Shown here piece after piece: positions 9,663-18,435 of a stretch of DNA of 64,000 nt. The stretch spans positions 1,146,152 to 1,210,151 of the forward strand of contig CBDCLS010000004.1 of the NCBI GenBank assembly GCA_965218775.1, written 5' to 3'. A program made the position numbers and the translations under genes. The notes below the pieces were generated by a model. That model was not told where the DNA came from. It worked only from the letters and a program-made list of their open reading frames with translations, and did no database searches. The DNA is from Acidobacteriota bacterium (GTDB taxonomy: Bacteria; Acidobacteriota; UBA6911; RPQK01; JAJDTT01). Every line of letters starts with the position of its first letter. The stretch's first letter is position 1.

Positions 9663-12644
9663 TCACTCGGTAGAGCTCAGCTCAGGCAGGAAGTTCTCCA
9701 TCGCCCAGACTTCACCCTTCTGCGCTTTGTTAATAGTCCTGAAAACGATCCGTCTCCCGTCGGGATGAACCCGCACGTCGTGCAGGAATTCCATTGGTGC
9801 CAGATTGACCTGGTCAGGTTTCCCCCCCTCAGCAGAAACTCGCCACAGCTCGGTCAGGAGCTGGGGGTCAGGGTCGCGACGACGTCTCGTGAAGAGCAGC
9901 TGGCTTCCGTCAGGCGTCCACACTAGATCGTGCGGGTAAGTTTGCGGAGGGTCGTTTAACCTGCACAGCTCACGAGTTTCTCCGCCGGCCACCGGCATGA
10001 GCTTGAGCACGGGACCTGGGTTCTCCGGTCCAGAAAAAGCCAGCCACCGGCCATCCGGCGAGATGGAGAATTTCCACCGGCCGACGCGAACGAGCTCTTT
10101 TTCTCGGCCCGTCTTGAGGTCTCGCATCATCACGGCGTCGACTCCTCCCGTAGATACCAAGTAGAAGAGGGCCTTCCCGTCGGGAGACCACTCGGGGGAG
10201 TATGACATCCTCCCCGGCTTACTCTTCACGACCAGAGTCATCTTGCCTGTTTGAGCGTCGACTTGGTAAAGACCCGAGCGGTTCTTGCCATCTTCCGCAA
10301 GGACCAGAAAGGAGCGTCCGTCCGGGGACCAGCGGCCGGACAAACCCACCTGAACTTTGAGCCGAAGTGAGAGTGTCCGCTCCTCACCCGTCTCGACGGA
10401 GCGGATAAAGAGGGCCGCAGGCCTCGGCCCAAAGGCGCCCCGCTGCGAGAAGTAGGCCAGGTATTGGCCATCGGCCGACCAGTCAAGTGGCACGTTGAAG
10501 CCCATCCGCTGGTCAAGCTTTGTCGGCTCCGCCAGCACTTTGCCTGTTGTCGGGTCGATCATGGCGGTGTAAATATCCGAGATGCCCCCGCTGGAATGGA
10601 TGTAGTAATAGGCGCCGTTGCGGGTAAAGCCCACTGGGTAGATCTCTCCGATTCCCAGCTTAACCATCTCAGGAGCACTCTGAGACTTCCCATCGGCCAC
10701 CTCGATCGCCCAGGCATCCCAGGTGCCTCGGCGGTCGCTCGCAAAGAGAATCCACCTCCCATCCGGTGACCAGCCGAGCACGTAGTCATCAGCTGGATGC
10801 TTCACCAAGGGAATTTCGCGGCTCCCGTCGCTTGCGAGTAGGAAGAGGTCCCGCTGGGGAGACTCTTCCTTGGGTGGGACGGCGTAGACGATGTAGCGCC
10901 CGTCGGGCGAAAAGTTCATCTTACCGGGGTAACGCCAATCCAGCGATTTGAGGACCCGCAGGGAACCATCCGAAACGGAGACCAGCCCGATCCGCCTAGT
11001 TCCACCCCCGGCAAATACCCCCAGAATGTCCTTGCCATCCGGAGACCACGCGGCAGGCCTGATGGAGGTCACTTCGCTATTCCGATACAGGACCCGGGGC
11101 TGGGATTCTTCGAGCCCGACGATGCGCAGGTCAAAGTTGTCTTCGTTGCGCCAGGCGTAAGCCACCTGCTTACTGTCGGGAGAGAAGATAGAAACCCCGG
11201 CGCGCTCTGCGGATCCATCAGCCTTTTGCGTCAGACGACGCTCTTTCCCGGTGTCGAGTTCGCGGACTGCCAAGTCGCCTGTCTCCCGGTAAGACAGGTA
11301 GTGACCATCAGGGGACAGCGCACCATAGAACAATCCTCGGTAGCCCTGAAGCTGTCGGAGAACCATGCCGGTGGTAGGCTTGTCTTTCGCATACTCAGCA
11401 GACGAAGGGCCCGGCTCCTTTGCTGCGGCCGGGGTGGGGGCAGGCGCCTCGGTTGATCGGATCGCTGCCGTCGAGCCTGAGGTGAAGCCAATGGTAGCCA
11501 GCGGCAGAACCACCAAGCAGACCGTGAGCAGGATCAGTCCTTGGGCACGGCGGCTCAGCGCTCGGTGCGAGCGGCGGGAGTCCAGGATGGCCAGCAGCCG
11601 GCCCTCGATTTGTGAATGCCGCGCCATGGCTACCGCAACCTGCCAGCCCCACCTGGGTAACTGAATGGACCGAGCAATCTCCAGGAGGTGAGTGGAATAG
11701 TCTGAGGGTTTTGTCCCCGCCGCCAAGACTTGATCGTCGCAGGCCTGCTCCCGTTCGATCCGCAACTGCCGGCAGGCGAGCCAAACCAGGGGATTGAACC
11801 AATACAGGGCGCGAGCGAGCTGGGCGAGCATTTGGCTCACATAATCCAGGCGTTTGATGTGGGCCAACTCGTGTAACAAGACCACCCGGCGACACGGGTC
11901 CGACCACTCCTCACGAGCCGCCGGTAGCAGGATCACCGGCCGCCACACTCCCCAACTCATCGGAGAGATGGAGCGGTCGCTTGCCAACAGGGTGACCCGA
12001 CGTCCGAGGCCCAGTTCCGCCGCCAGCTGCGCCACCAAGGCCCTCCACGACGGCTCACGGATCCGTTTCGCTCGCCGCTTGATCCACCGAACCTGCAGCA
12101 AGCCGATCCCTCGCGAAACGAGGAGAAACAGTGCCCCAGCTCCCCAAATCAGCAGACCCCACGTAGACCACGCGAGCCGCCCAGCAGGGGGTTGAGCAGA
12201 GGCTGGCTGTTCCCGCTTGGAATGAATCGCTCCAGTCATCGGCACCGGCAACAGAGCGGAACCTTTCGGTGTCGCCGGCGTTTGCGCGACGCTCCCGAGT
12301 TGTCCGCCAGCAGGTGAAGGCTCCGAGAGATCCGCAGCAACGAACTCCTGAGCCCTCTCTCCTTCCAACCCAGGAACTCCAAGGGGTGAAATACTCGGTA
12401 GAAGGCCTACGTTCCATCCTGGCAACAACCCGGAGAAGACGGGCAACGCCACTAGGGCCACCAGCGCTCCGGCCCAGATGGCATGACGAAAGGCGGCGGA
12501 AACACGCCGCAAGGCAACACTCATCAGGCCTGCGAGGGCCAAGATCACGACCCCTTTGATGGAGCACTCCGCCAAAACAGCCAGCCAGTTGAGCGACTGG
12601 GAAGACGATCCTATCGGGAGGTCAAATGGGAAGATCATGGTCAA
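9663..12644 (-). CDS. BlaR1-like M56 metallopeptidase fused to TolB-like PD40 repeats
   Basis: HELAHIKRLD, WFNPLVW, EREQACDD; many WSPDG repeats. Confidence 0.92.
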   Translation of the reverse strand: MTMIFPFDLPIGSSSQSLNWLAVLAECSIKGVVILALAGLMSVALRRVSAAFRHAIWAGALVALVALPVFSGLLPGWNVGLLPSISPLGVPGLEGERAQEFVAADLSEPSPAGGQLGSVAQTPATPKGSALLPVPMTGAIHSKREQPASAQPPAGRLAWSTWGLLIWGAGALFLLVSRGIGLLQVRWIKRRAKRIREPSWRALVAQLAAELGLGRRVTLLASDRSISPMSWGVWRPVILLPAAREEWSDPCRRVVLLHELAHIKRLDYVSQMLAQLARALYWFNPLVWLACRQLRIEREQACDDQVLAAGTKPSDYSTHLLEIARSIQLPRWGWQVAVAMARHSQIEGRLLAILDSRRSHRALSRRAQGLILLTVCLVVLPLATIGFTSGSTAAIRSTEAPAPTPAAAKEPGPSSAEYAKDKPTTGMVLRQLQGYRGLFYGALSPDGHYLSYRETGDLAVRELDTGKERRLTQKADGSAERAGVSIFSPDSKQVAYAWRNEDNFDLRIVGLEESQPRVLYRNSEVTSIRPAAWSPDGKDILGVFAGGGTRRIGLVSVSDGSLRVLKSLDWRYPGKMNFSPDGRYIVYAVPPKEESPQRDLFLLASDGSREIPLVKHPADDYVLGWSPDGRWILFASDRRGTWDAWAIEVADGKSQSAPEMVKLGIGEIYPVGFTRNGAYYYIHSSGGISDIYTAMIDPTTGKVLAEPTKLDQRMGFNVPLDWSADGQYLAYFSQRGAFGPRPAALFIRSVETGEERTLSLRLKVQVGLSGRWSPDGRSFLVLAEDGKNRSGLYQVDAQTGKMTLVVKSKPGRMSYSPEWSPDGKALFYLVSTGGVDAVMMRDLKTGREKELVRVGRWKFSISPDGRWLAFSGPENPGPVLKLMPVAGGETRELCRLNDPPQTYPHDLVWTPDGSQLLFTRRRRDPDPQLLTELWRVSAEGGKPDQVNLAPMEFLHDVRVHPDGRRIVFRTINKAQKGEVWAMENFLPELSSTE

Positions 12645-13030
12645 CGGCCCTCCTTTTTCGCCTGGTCGATGAGCCTCGACATCCGCTCCAGATCCTCCTG
12701 CGAGAGGCTCAGGGGCGACCGGTCGAGTAAGGCATTGACGACCTGTGCGGCCGAGCCGTCAAAGAAGTTTTGCACCACCTGATCCAGAACCGCCTGGCGA
12801 GCCTTTTCGCGGCTGATCTTAGGCTTGTAGACGTACCGGGGCCCCCGGTAGCGGTGCTTCACATGTCCTTTCTCTCCCAGGACACTCAAGAGTGCTCGAA
12901 CCGTGGAATAGCTGGGTGGACTGGGCAGGTTGGCGCTAATCTCGCGGGCGGTGGCCTCGCCCAGCCGGTAGATGACGTCCATGATCTGGCGTTCGCGTCG
13001 ACTCAGATTCAGGTTCCATGATTTGGCCAT
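12641..13030 (-). CDS. BlaI/MecI/CopY-family repressor
   Basis: LSRRERQIMDVIY, YSTVRALL, FFDGS; overlaps the M56 start. Confidence 0.93.
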   Translation of the reverse strand: MAKSWNLNLSRRERQIMDVIYRLGEATAREISANLPSPPSYSTVRALLSVLGEKGHVKHRYRGPRYVYKPKISREKARQAVLDQVVQNFFDGSAAQVVNALLDRSPLSLSQEDLERMSRLIDQAKKEGR

Positions 13031-13065
13031 AGTTGATCTTCCTCCGTCGGCAGTGGCTGCTCTCC

Positions 13066-13118
13066 TGCTACAAAACACACAGTATGCTATAAATACGGCA
13101 GTACTTCGGTCAAGTCAA
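13066..13118 (-). promoter_or_regulatory. putative BlaI operator (two tandem 19-bp imperfect repeats) and promoter
   Basis: TGCTACAAAACACACAGTA / TGCTATAAATACGGCAGTA in tandem; TTGACT/TTGACC on the minus strand just upstream. Confidence 0.5.
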
Positions 13119-13201
13119 CCCCTAATTCCTGATTTGGGACTGGAAATCTCCCTCTCTCCTCCTGTGGACAACCTACCCTTGACGCGTCAGCCCTTTAACG
13201 T

Positions 13202-13221
13202 AGAATAAAGGATGTTATTCT
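13202..13221. promoter_or_regulatory. tyrosine-recombinase-type core site (AGAATAA-N6-TTATTCT)
   Basis: 7-bp inverted arms with a 6-bp spacer, dif-like ATAA/TTAT inner ends, upstream of an integrase remnant. Confidence 0.6.
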
Positions 13222-13254
13222 GCATTATTAAGGACACCAAGGGATTCCTCATCC

Positions 13255-13380
13255 ATGGCCTCAAATCTCGTTCCGGCTTCTAAGTCTGGTCTGGCCAAGG
13301 CGGCCCGCTTTGCCTACCAGGAGTTTTTCTATGGTGAGATCCGAAATCCTCACACGCGTGTGGCTTACCATCGCCTAACT
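13255..13380 (+). pseudogene. tyrosine integrase N-terminal remnant
   Basis: AARFAYQEFFYGEIRNPHTRVAY resembles the N-terminus of plasmid/transposon XerD-like resolvases; no catalytic domain follows. Confidence 0.6.
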
Positions 13381-13440
13381 GTTGCCGGGGCGCTGCCAGG
13401 CGCGTGCCTGGCAGCGTGCTACTGGGTATTCGGGTGGGAA

Positions 13441-13473
13441 TAAAAAAAGCCCCGAAGACTCAGTCTCCGGGGC
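13441..13473 (-). terminator. intrinsic terminator
   Basis: Minus strand GCCCCGGAGACTGAGTCTTCGGGGC followed by T7. Confidence 0.85.
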
Positions 13474-13763
13474 ATGAGAAGCCTACATGGGTGGCTTATC
13501 TATCCCGGAGGACGGCATACTGCGGACATATCCCACTGGTGTTGAGCCAATGACCCAGCGTACCGCAGACTGGTCCCTGTAGGTCCAGTTGTGCGTTCAT
13601 GTAACCTACTGAGTTGTTTCCGCATTTGCTGCCTTACCACCTTTCTCCAAATTTGGATCCAAGAAGTCCGAGCTGTGCCCATCTATGAGGATGGACTCTT
13701 GGGGCTTGGATCGCCTGCCAAACCGAAGCCTTAAGCGAGCTCAGGTCTCAGCAGGAAGGAGAC
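13442..13763 (-). ncRNA. candidate structured small transcript (~320 nt), possibly dual-function
   Basis: Weak promoter TCGACA-N16-CAAAAT, several helices and its own terminator; family not recognised. Confidence 0.45.
13500..13625 (-). CDS. 41-aa small ORF MRKQLS...WDMSAVCRPPG
   Basis: SD-like AAAGGTGGT 10 nt before ATG; stop 27 nt before the terminator hairpin. Confidence 0.5.
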   Translation of the reverse strand: MRKQLSRLHERTTGPTGTSLRYAGSLAQHQWDMSAVCRPPG

Positions 13764-13862
13764 ATTTTGCAGAGAAAAGTTTCAGTGTCGAGCTTTCTTT
13801 TCGAATTTCTCCGAGTGGAGTCGCTTCGCAGGGGAGAATTGTGACGCCATGAGGACTTTGGG

Positions 13863-14906
13863 TTACGACTCGACCCGCAGAACAATCTTTCCGAACTGGC
13901 TCTGGTTCTCGAGATGTTTCAGTGCATCCCCGGCTTGACTCAAAGGAAAGACTCTATCGATCACCGGTCTGAGCTTCCCCCTGGAGAGCAGGTCAATGAT
14001 CTCTCGATATTCCTGGCGACTGCTCATGCTCGAGCCTAGAATCTCAATCTGTTTCCAGAAAATAAGTCTTAGTTCCGTCTGGGGATTGGCACCCGTGGTA
14101 GCGCCGCAGGTCACGATTCTGCCTCCCTTACGAACCATTTTGAGACTCTGGAGCCAGGTAGCCGAACCAGAGCCTTCCACCACAACGTCGACACCCCGTT
14201 TCCCAGTGAACTTGTACACCTCCTTGGCCACGTCGGCGGTGGTGTAATTGAGGCAGTGATCGGCACCGAGTTTCCTGGCTTGTTCAAGCTTGGTCTCACT
14301 GGAAGAGCTGACGAAGGTGCGAGCACCCGACAGGACTGCGATTTGTAGGGCCGCCGAGGCTACGCCGCCCCCAATTCCGTGAATGAAGACGTCTTCCCCA
14401 GCCCGCAGCCGGGCACGGGTCTTCAGCATTCTCCAGGCGGTTTGGGTTACCAGGGAAAAGGCGGCAGCTTCTTCGAAAGAGACGCCGCTGGGAATCTTCT
14501 CAAAGTTGGCCTCTGGAGCCTGAAAGTACTGTGCGAAGGTCCCTCCAGTATGCTCGCCCATCAGGCCAAATCTTATGCAGAGGCTGTGCTCGCCCTGAAC
14601 ACAGAACTCGCACCGGCCACAAGAGAGACCCGGATTCAGCATCACCTGGTCTCCAGGCTCCAGACGGCTGACACCTTGGCCCACTTCCTCGACGATTCCT
14701 GCCCCATCCGAGCCCATCACGTGCGGCATCTTCAGGTGCACTCCTGGAATGCCTTCCAGAACAAAGAGGTCGAGACGGTTCAGGGCCACGGCTCTGGCTC
14801 GAACCAGGACCTGGCCTGGGTCGACCTGGGGACGATCGATTTCCTGGAAGTGAAGCTCATCCAGGGTCCCATGCCGGTGGATGACGGCGGCGTACATTTT
14901 TCCCAT
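13863..14906 (-). CDS. zinc-binding alcohol dehydrogenase (MDR family)
   Basis: GSDGAG, CGRCEFC...C, GIGGGVA. Confidence 0.92.
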   Translation of the reverse strand: MGKMYAAVIHRHGTLDELHFQEIDRPQVDPGQVLVRARAVALNRLDLFVLEGIPGVHLKMPHVMGSDGAGIVEEVGQGVSRLEPGDQVMLNPGLSCGRCEFCVQGEHSLCIRFGLMGEHTGGTFAQYFQAPEANFEKIPSGVSFEEAAAFSLVTQTAWRMLKTRARLRAGEDVFIHGIGGGVASAALQIAVLSGARTFVSSSSETKLEQARKLGADHCLNYTTADVAKEVYKFTGKRGVDVVVEGSGSATWLQSLKMVRKGGRIVTCGATTGANPQTELRLIFWKQIEILGSSMSSRQEYREIIDLLSRGKLRPVIDRVFPLSQAGDALKHLENQSQFGKIVLRVES

Positions 14907-14913
14907 TGTCGAC

Positions 14914-15900
14914 TCAGAGTCCCTTTACTTCCTTGATTCTTTGAGTCAGTGCGGGCACGACTTCGAGGAGATCGGCGACGATCCCGTAGGTAGCGATATT
15001 GAAGATGGGAGCATTGGGGTCGTTGTTGATGGCCACGATACAGCCTGAGTTTCTCATCCCAACGACGTGCTGGATCGCTCCCGAGATACCGCAGGCTAGA
15101 TAGAGCCGGGGGGAAACGGTCTGTCCCGAACTACCTATCTGCCGGGACCGTTCCAGCCACTCGCTGTCAACTGCCGCACGGCTGGCCCCGATCTCAGCGT
15201 TCAGGACCTCTGCCAGCTCCTGGATGACCCTCAGGTTTGCGGCCTCTTTGATGCCCCTGCCGACGGCCACGATGATGTCGGCCTTCCCCAGGTCCACACG
15301 CTCTTTCGCAGACGCAACCACCTCGAGTGACTTCCGGGTCACCTCGACCTGCGAGAGGTCGACCGCCCGCTCCACGACCGAGCAACTACCTTGGAGGATA
15401 TCGTCGGAGCTGACCGCCCCCGACTGCAAAGTCACCAGCCAGGGTGGAGCCGAATGGATCCGTACATCGGCGTTGATCTTGTTTCGGAACATCTGTCGAG
15501 AGAACAGGAGATCGTCACCGAGTTGCTTGTAGCCAATGCAGTCCGTGACCAGACCTGATTTCAAGCTGGCGGCAAGCCTGGGAGCCAGATCGATGTTCTG
15601 ATAGGTGTGTGCCATCAGGAACAGATCGGGCCGATCTTCCGCCAGAATCTGCCGCAAGGTCTCAGAGTAGATGTCGGGGTTGTAATCAGCGAGCTGTCCG
15701 TGTTGAACCGCGAGAACCGAATCGGCCTTCCTGCCGATGACCTGCTGCGCCAGGGTTGCGGCATCTCGTCCCAGGATCAGCGGATGAAGAGAGCATCCCA
15801 TGTCCTGGGCCAGCTGCTGGCCGAAGGTTAGCGTTTCCCAGGAGGTGGAGGCGATCTTTCCGTCACTGTGATCGAGCAGGGCGTAGATGCTGTCCGTCAT
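14914..15900 (-). CDS. etfA: electron transfer flavoprotein alpha subunit
   Basis: VGRG, GASRAAVD, QIGSSGQTVSP, GISGAIQH. Confidence 0.95.
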   Translation of the reverse strand: MTDSIYALLDHSDGKIASTSWETLTFGQQLAQDMGCSLHPLILGRDAATLAQQVIGRKADSVLAVQHGQLADYNPDIYSETLRQILAEDRPDLFLMAHTYQNIDLAPRLAASLKSGLVTDCIGYKQLGDDLLFSRQMFRNKINADVRIHSAPPWLVTLQSGAVSSDDILQGSCSVVERAVDLSQVEVTRKSLEVVASAKERVDLGKADIIVAVGRGIKEAANLRVIQELAEVLNAEIGASRAAVDSEWLERSRQIGSSGQTVSPRLYLACGISGAIQHVVGMRNSGCIVAINNDPNAPIFNIATYGIVADLLEVVPALTQRIKEVKGL

Positions 15901-15921
15901 CGTTTCACAAATGCGCCAGGT

Positions 15922-16704
15922 TCAAAGTACCTTTGCCTCTTTCCTCAGCTTCTCCACTAGTGTCTCTGCCAGAGTATCGGCGTTGCCCTCGAGCATCTCC
16001 GCCTTGGTGTGAGTCTCGGGTACGTAGAGATCAACTATTTCCAAGTGCGGCATCGAGGCGAAGTCCAGGTCCAACTCACTCGGCTGAACATTTCGAATCT
16101 CCTTCTTTCTGGCTTGCATGATTCCACGGAGTGGAGGGAAACGAACCTGAGAAATCCCGGCCTGGATAGTGAGCACGGCAGGCAGGGGCATCTCTACCCA
16201 CTGGAAGAAGCCGCTCTCCATCTCCCGAAGCGCCCGTACCCTTCCCTGGCTGGGATCGACGTTAATCTGCATGACGATGGTGGCATAAGGTATCCCCAAC
16301 AATTCGGCCAGGATCACGCCGGTTTGACCGTAACCGTAGTCATCCGACTGAGTTCCTGCGAGGATCAATTCGAACTCCTCGGGACCGAGTACGTCGGCCA
16401 AAGCTGCCGCCACGGTGTAGGGGTTGGTAAGCTCGCTGGACTCATCGACGACCCTGATCCCCCGGTCTGCCCCCATGGCCAAAGCCTTGCGCATCGACTT
16501 CTCGGAGCGAGTCGGTCCCGCGGTCACGACGACCACTTCACCTCCGTGCTGCTCTTTCAGCTTCAGGGCTTCTTCGAGGGCGTACTCATCGCACTCGCTG
16601 ATGTCGTAGGTGAGATCGGAGTCTTGAATCCAGGGCCTGTCTTCCCGTAGTTGGTAGCGACTGTCGCGTCCGGGAACTGCCTTGAGACAGGTCGCGAGCT
16701 TCAT
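15922..16704 (-). CDS. etfB: electron transfer flavoprotein beta subunit
   Basis: CLKAVP, DEYALEEALKLKE, ALAMGAD, AGTQSDD. Confidence 0.95.
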   Translation of the reverse strand: MKLATCLKAVPGRDSRYQLREDRPWIQDSDLTYDISECDEYALEEALKLKEQHGGEVVVVTAGPTRSEKSMRKALAMGADRGIRVVDESSELTNPYTVAAALADVLGPEEFELILAGTQSDDYGYGQTGVILAELLGIPYATIVMQINVDPSQGRVRALREMESGFFQWVEMPLPAVLTIQAGISQVRFPPLRGIMQARKKEIRNVQPSELDLDFASMPHLEIVDLYVPETHTKAEMLEGNADTLAETLVEKLRKEAKVL

Positions 16705-17144
16705 TTCTTGAACAGTCGCTCGAAGGCCTCCCGTGGGTCCGTGGAGGAGGCCGGCTCGCTGCCAGTACTCTGGGAGCTGACGACTTTCTCTACTGCTGTT
16801 CTGGTTTCAAAGAAATCGCACATATTTCCCATGTCTTTCTTGGCAACGCGCTCCGAGACCGGCTCCGTGCACTCGAAACGATCAGTGGGGTCGAAATGGA
16901 CACAGTTCTTGCAGGTATGGAGGTCTGCCTCACACTTGAGACACTTGCTGGTATAGGTGATTTTGGAAAAGGAGGCGGGGAGGGAGGCGCCACACATCGC
17001 GCACCGAACCACTTTATGAAATCCGGTCATTCTGGGAGATCGGGGACCTTCTCGGGAGGATGGAGAGCGTGGTCGTCGCTCTCTCGGGCGCCGCTCAGAT
17101 CGCTCTGACCCGTCGCCATAGCCTGGCTGCCGATACTTCTTCAT
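16701..17144 (-). CDS. Cys-rich putative zinc-finger protein coupled to etfB
   Basis: CAMC, CLKC, CKNCVHF, further Cys residues; ATGA overlap with etfB. Confidence 0.8.
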   Translation of the reverse strand: MKKYRQPGYGDGSERSERRPRERRPRSPSSREGPRSPRMTGFHKVVRCAMCGASLPASFSKITYTSKCLKCEADLHTCKNCVHFDPTDRFECTEPVSERVAKKDMGNMCDFFETRTAVEKVVSSQSTGSEPASSTDPREAFERLFKK

Positions 17145-17356
17145 GGGTAAATACCTCGGTTGAGAGTCTTCAATCCACTTGACGGAGCCGCCCTAAGGGA
17201 CTTAGAGGTATCTCCTGAGGGCTGCATCCAAACGATGCACTCCGGCGCCAATGATCTTCCCTTGTACCCGCTTTGTTTTAGTAAGTCTGTCTACACTCGC
17301 CGCCCCAGCTGCGGGGTGTAGGACTTAGATGTCCAAGTGAACCAAATCGTTCAAAA

Positions 17357-17869
17357 TCAGAGCCCGGCGCAAGTGCTTTTAACGCCGCCAATCTCCAAGG
17401 CATCTGATCCGAAATCGATACGACGGATAATACCCTGTTTGTCGACCACGAGTGTCGTTCTCTTCGAGATGCCCCGTTCCGGATCGTATACTCCATAGGC
17501 CTGACTGACCGTCCGGTGGGGGAAGTCACTCAGAAGAGGGAATTCCACTCCGAGCTTCTCGCGATATGCCTTGAGCGAAAATCTAGTATCGACGCTGATT
17601 CCGAATACTTGCGTGTCCTTGTCTTCGAAGTAGGCGATATCAGACTGATATCGCTGGAGTTCTCTCGTTCAGCCTCCGGTAAACGCCAGCACGAAGAAAG
17701 CAAGAACAACATTCTTCTTGCCTCCGAAGTCACTCAGACGTACCTTGTTTCCATCGTGGTCGGATAGTTCGAAGTCAGGCGCCACATCACCCACATTGAG
17801 GTTGCTGGACTGGGCTTGAGTAAAGCCGATCGTGAAACAACAAACGACGAGAACTCTGAGCAGCTTCAT
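17357..17869 (-). CDS. AhpC/TSA peroxiredoxin-like selenoprotein (UGA at 17669-17671) with signal peptide
   Basis: ORFs 17669-17974 and 17357-17548 are in frame; [13 protein letters not shown] occupies the peroxidatic site; continues GISVD, FPLLSD. Confidence 0.88.
17634..17654 (-). promoter_or_regulatory. putative bacterial SECIS hairpin
   Basis: GCGATATCA-GTC-TGATATCGC stem-loop starting about 15 nt 3' of the UGA, with G in the loop. Confidence 0.75.
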
Positions 17870-17890
17870 ACTCTTGATTCTAGGACGTTG

Positions 17891-18160
17891 ATGCCTGGGA
17901 AGCAAATCAATTTCTATACACGACCCGGCTGCCACTTGTGCAAGGATGCCCTCAAAGTATTGCAAGATCTCCAACGGGAATTCAAGTTCAGTCTCACAAT
18001 TGTGGACATCAATGATTCAGAGGATCTGGTTGCCCGCTACGGCAACGACATCCCGGTGGCGGAGCTGGATGGCCGGAGGATCTTCAAGCACCGAACGGAG
18101 CGAAGAGTTCTGCACCGCCTGCTGAGTCGGCTTCTGGCGCAAGGGTTCGTGCAAGAATAA
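17891..18160 (+). CDS. glutaredoxin-like protein (DUF836 type)
   Basis: [16 protein letters not shown]. Confidence 0.88.
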   Translation: MPGKQINFYTRPGCHLCKDALKVLQDLQREFKFSLTIVDINDSEDLVARYGNDIPVAELDGRRIFKHRTERRVLHRLLSRLLAQGFVQE

Positions 18161-18310
18161 CTTCGCGGAGTTGGGGCTCAGATCTACACTGTTGGCCGCG
18201 AACGATTGAGCGAAACCGCAGGCCTACGTTGAGGATTTCGCGATTGAGGAGTGGCCGAAGATGGTGTGGAGATGAGATGCCAGAACGTGAAGTTATTTTT
18301 GCACGAGCCC
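18143..18310. mobile_element. MITE family 1, copy 1
   Basis: TIRs GGGTTCGTGCAAGAATAACTTC / GAAGTTATTTTTGCACGAGCCC; body homologous in inverted orientation to 19955-20134. Confidence 0.85.
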
Positions 18311-18435
18311 TGAGAGGGCGAGTAGGCAAATAGTGCAAGCCAAGAAGTCCCCTTTGGCGAAAACGTGTAAGCTGTAACCTATAATCTGGCACCAGTCGCC
18401 CGGTGAAAACCACCAGGGTCAGACTCGGAGCGAAT

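Noticed and set aside
13476-13647. 6S RNA call for the ~170-nt long-range hairpin
   Set aside because: Size and end-pairing fit, but the interior is branched, contains an SD-led ORF and is preceded by further structured domains; left unassigned pending an Rfam search.
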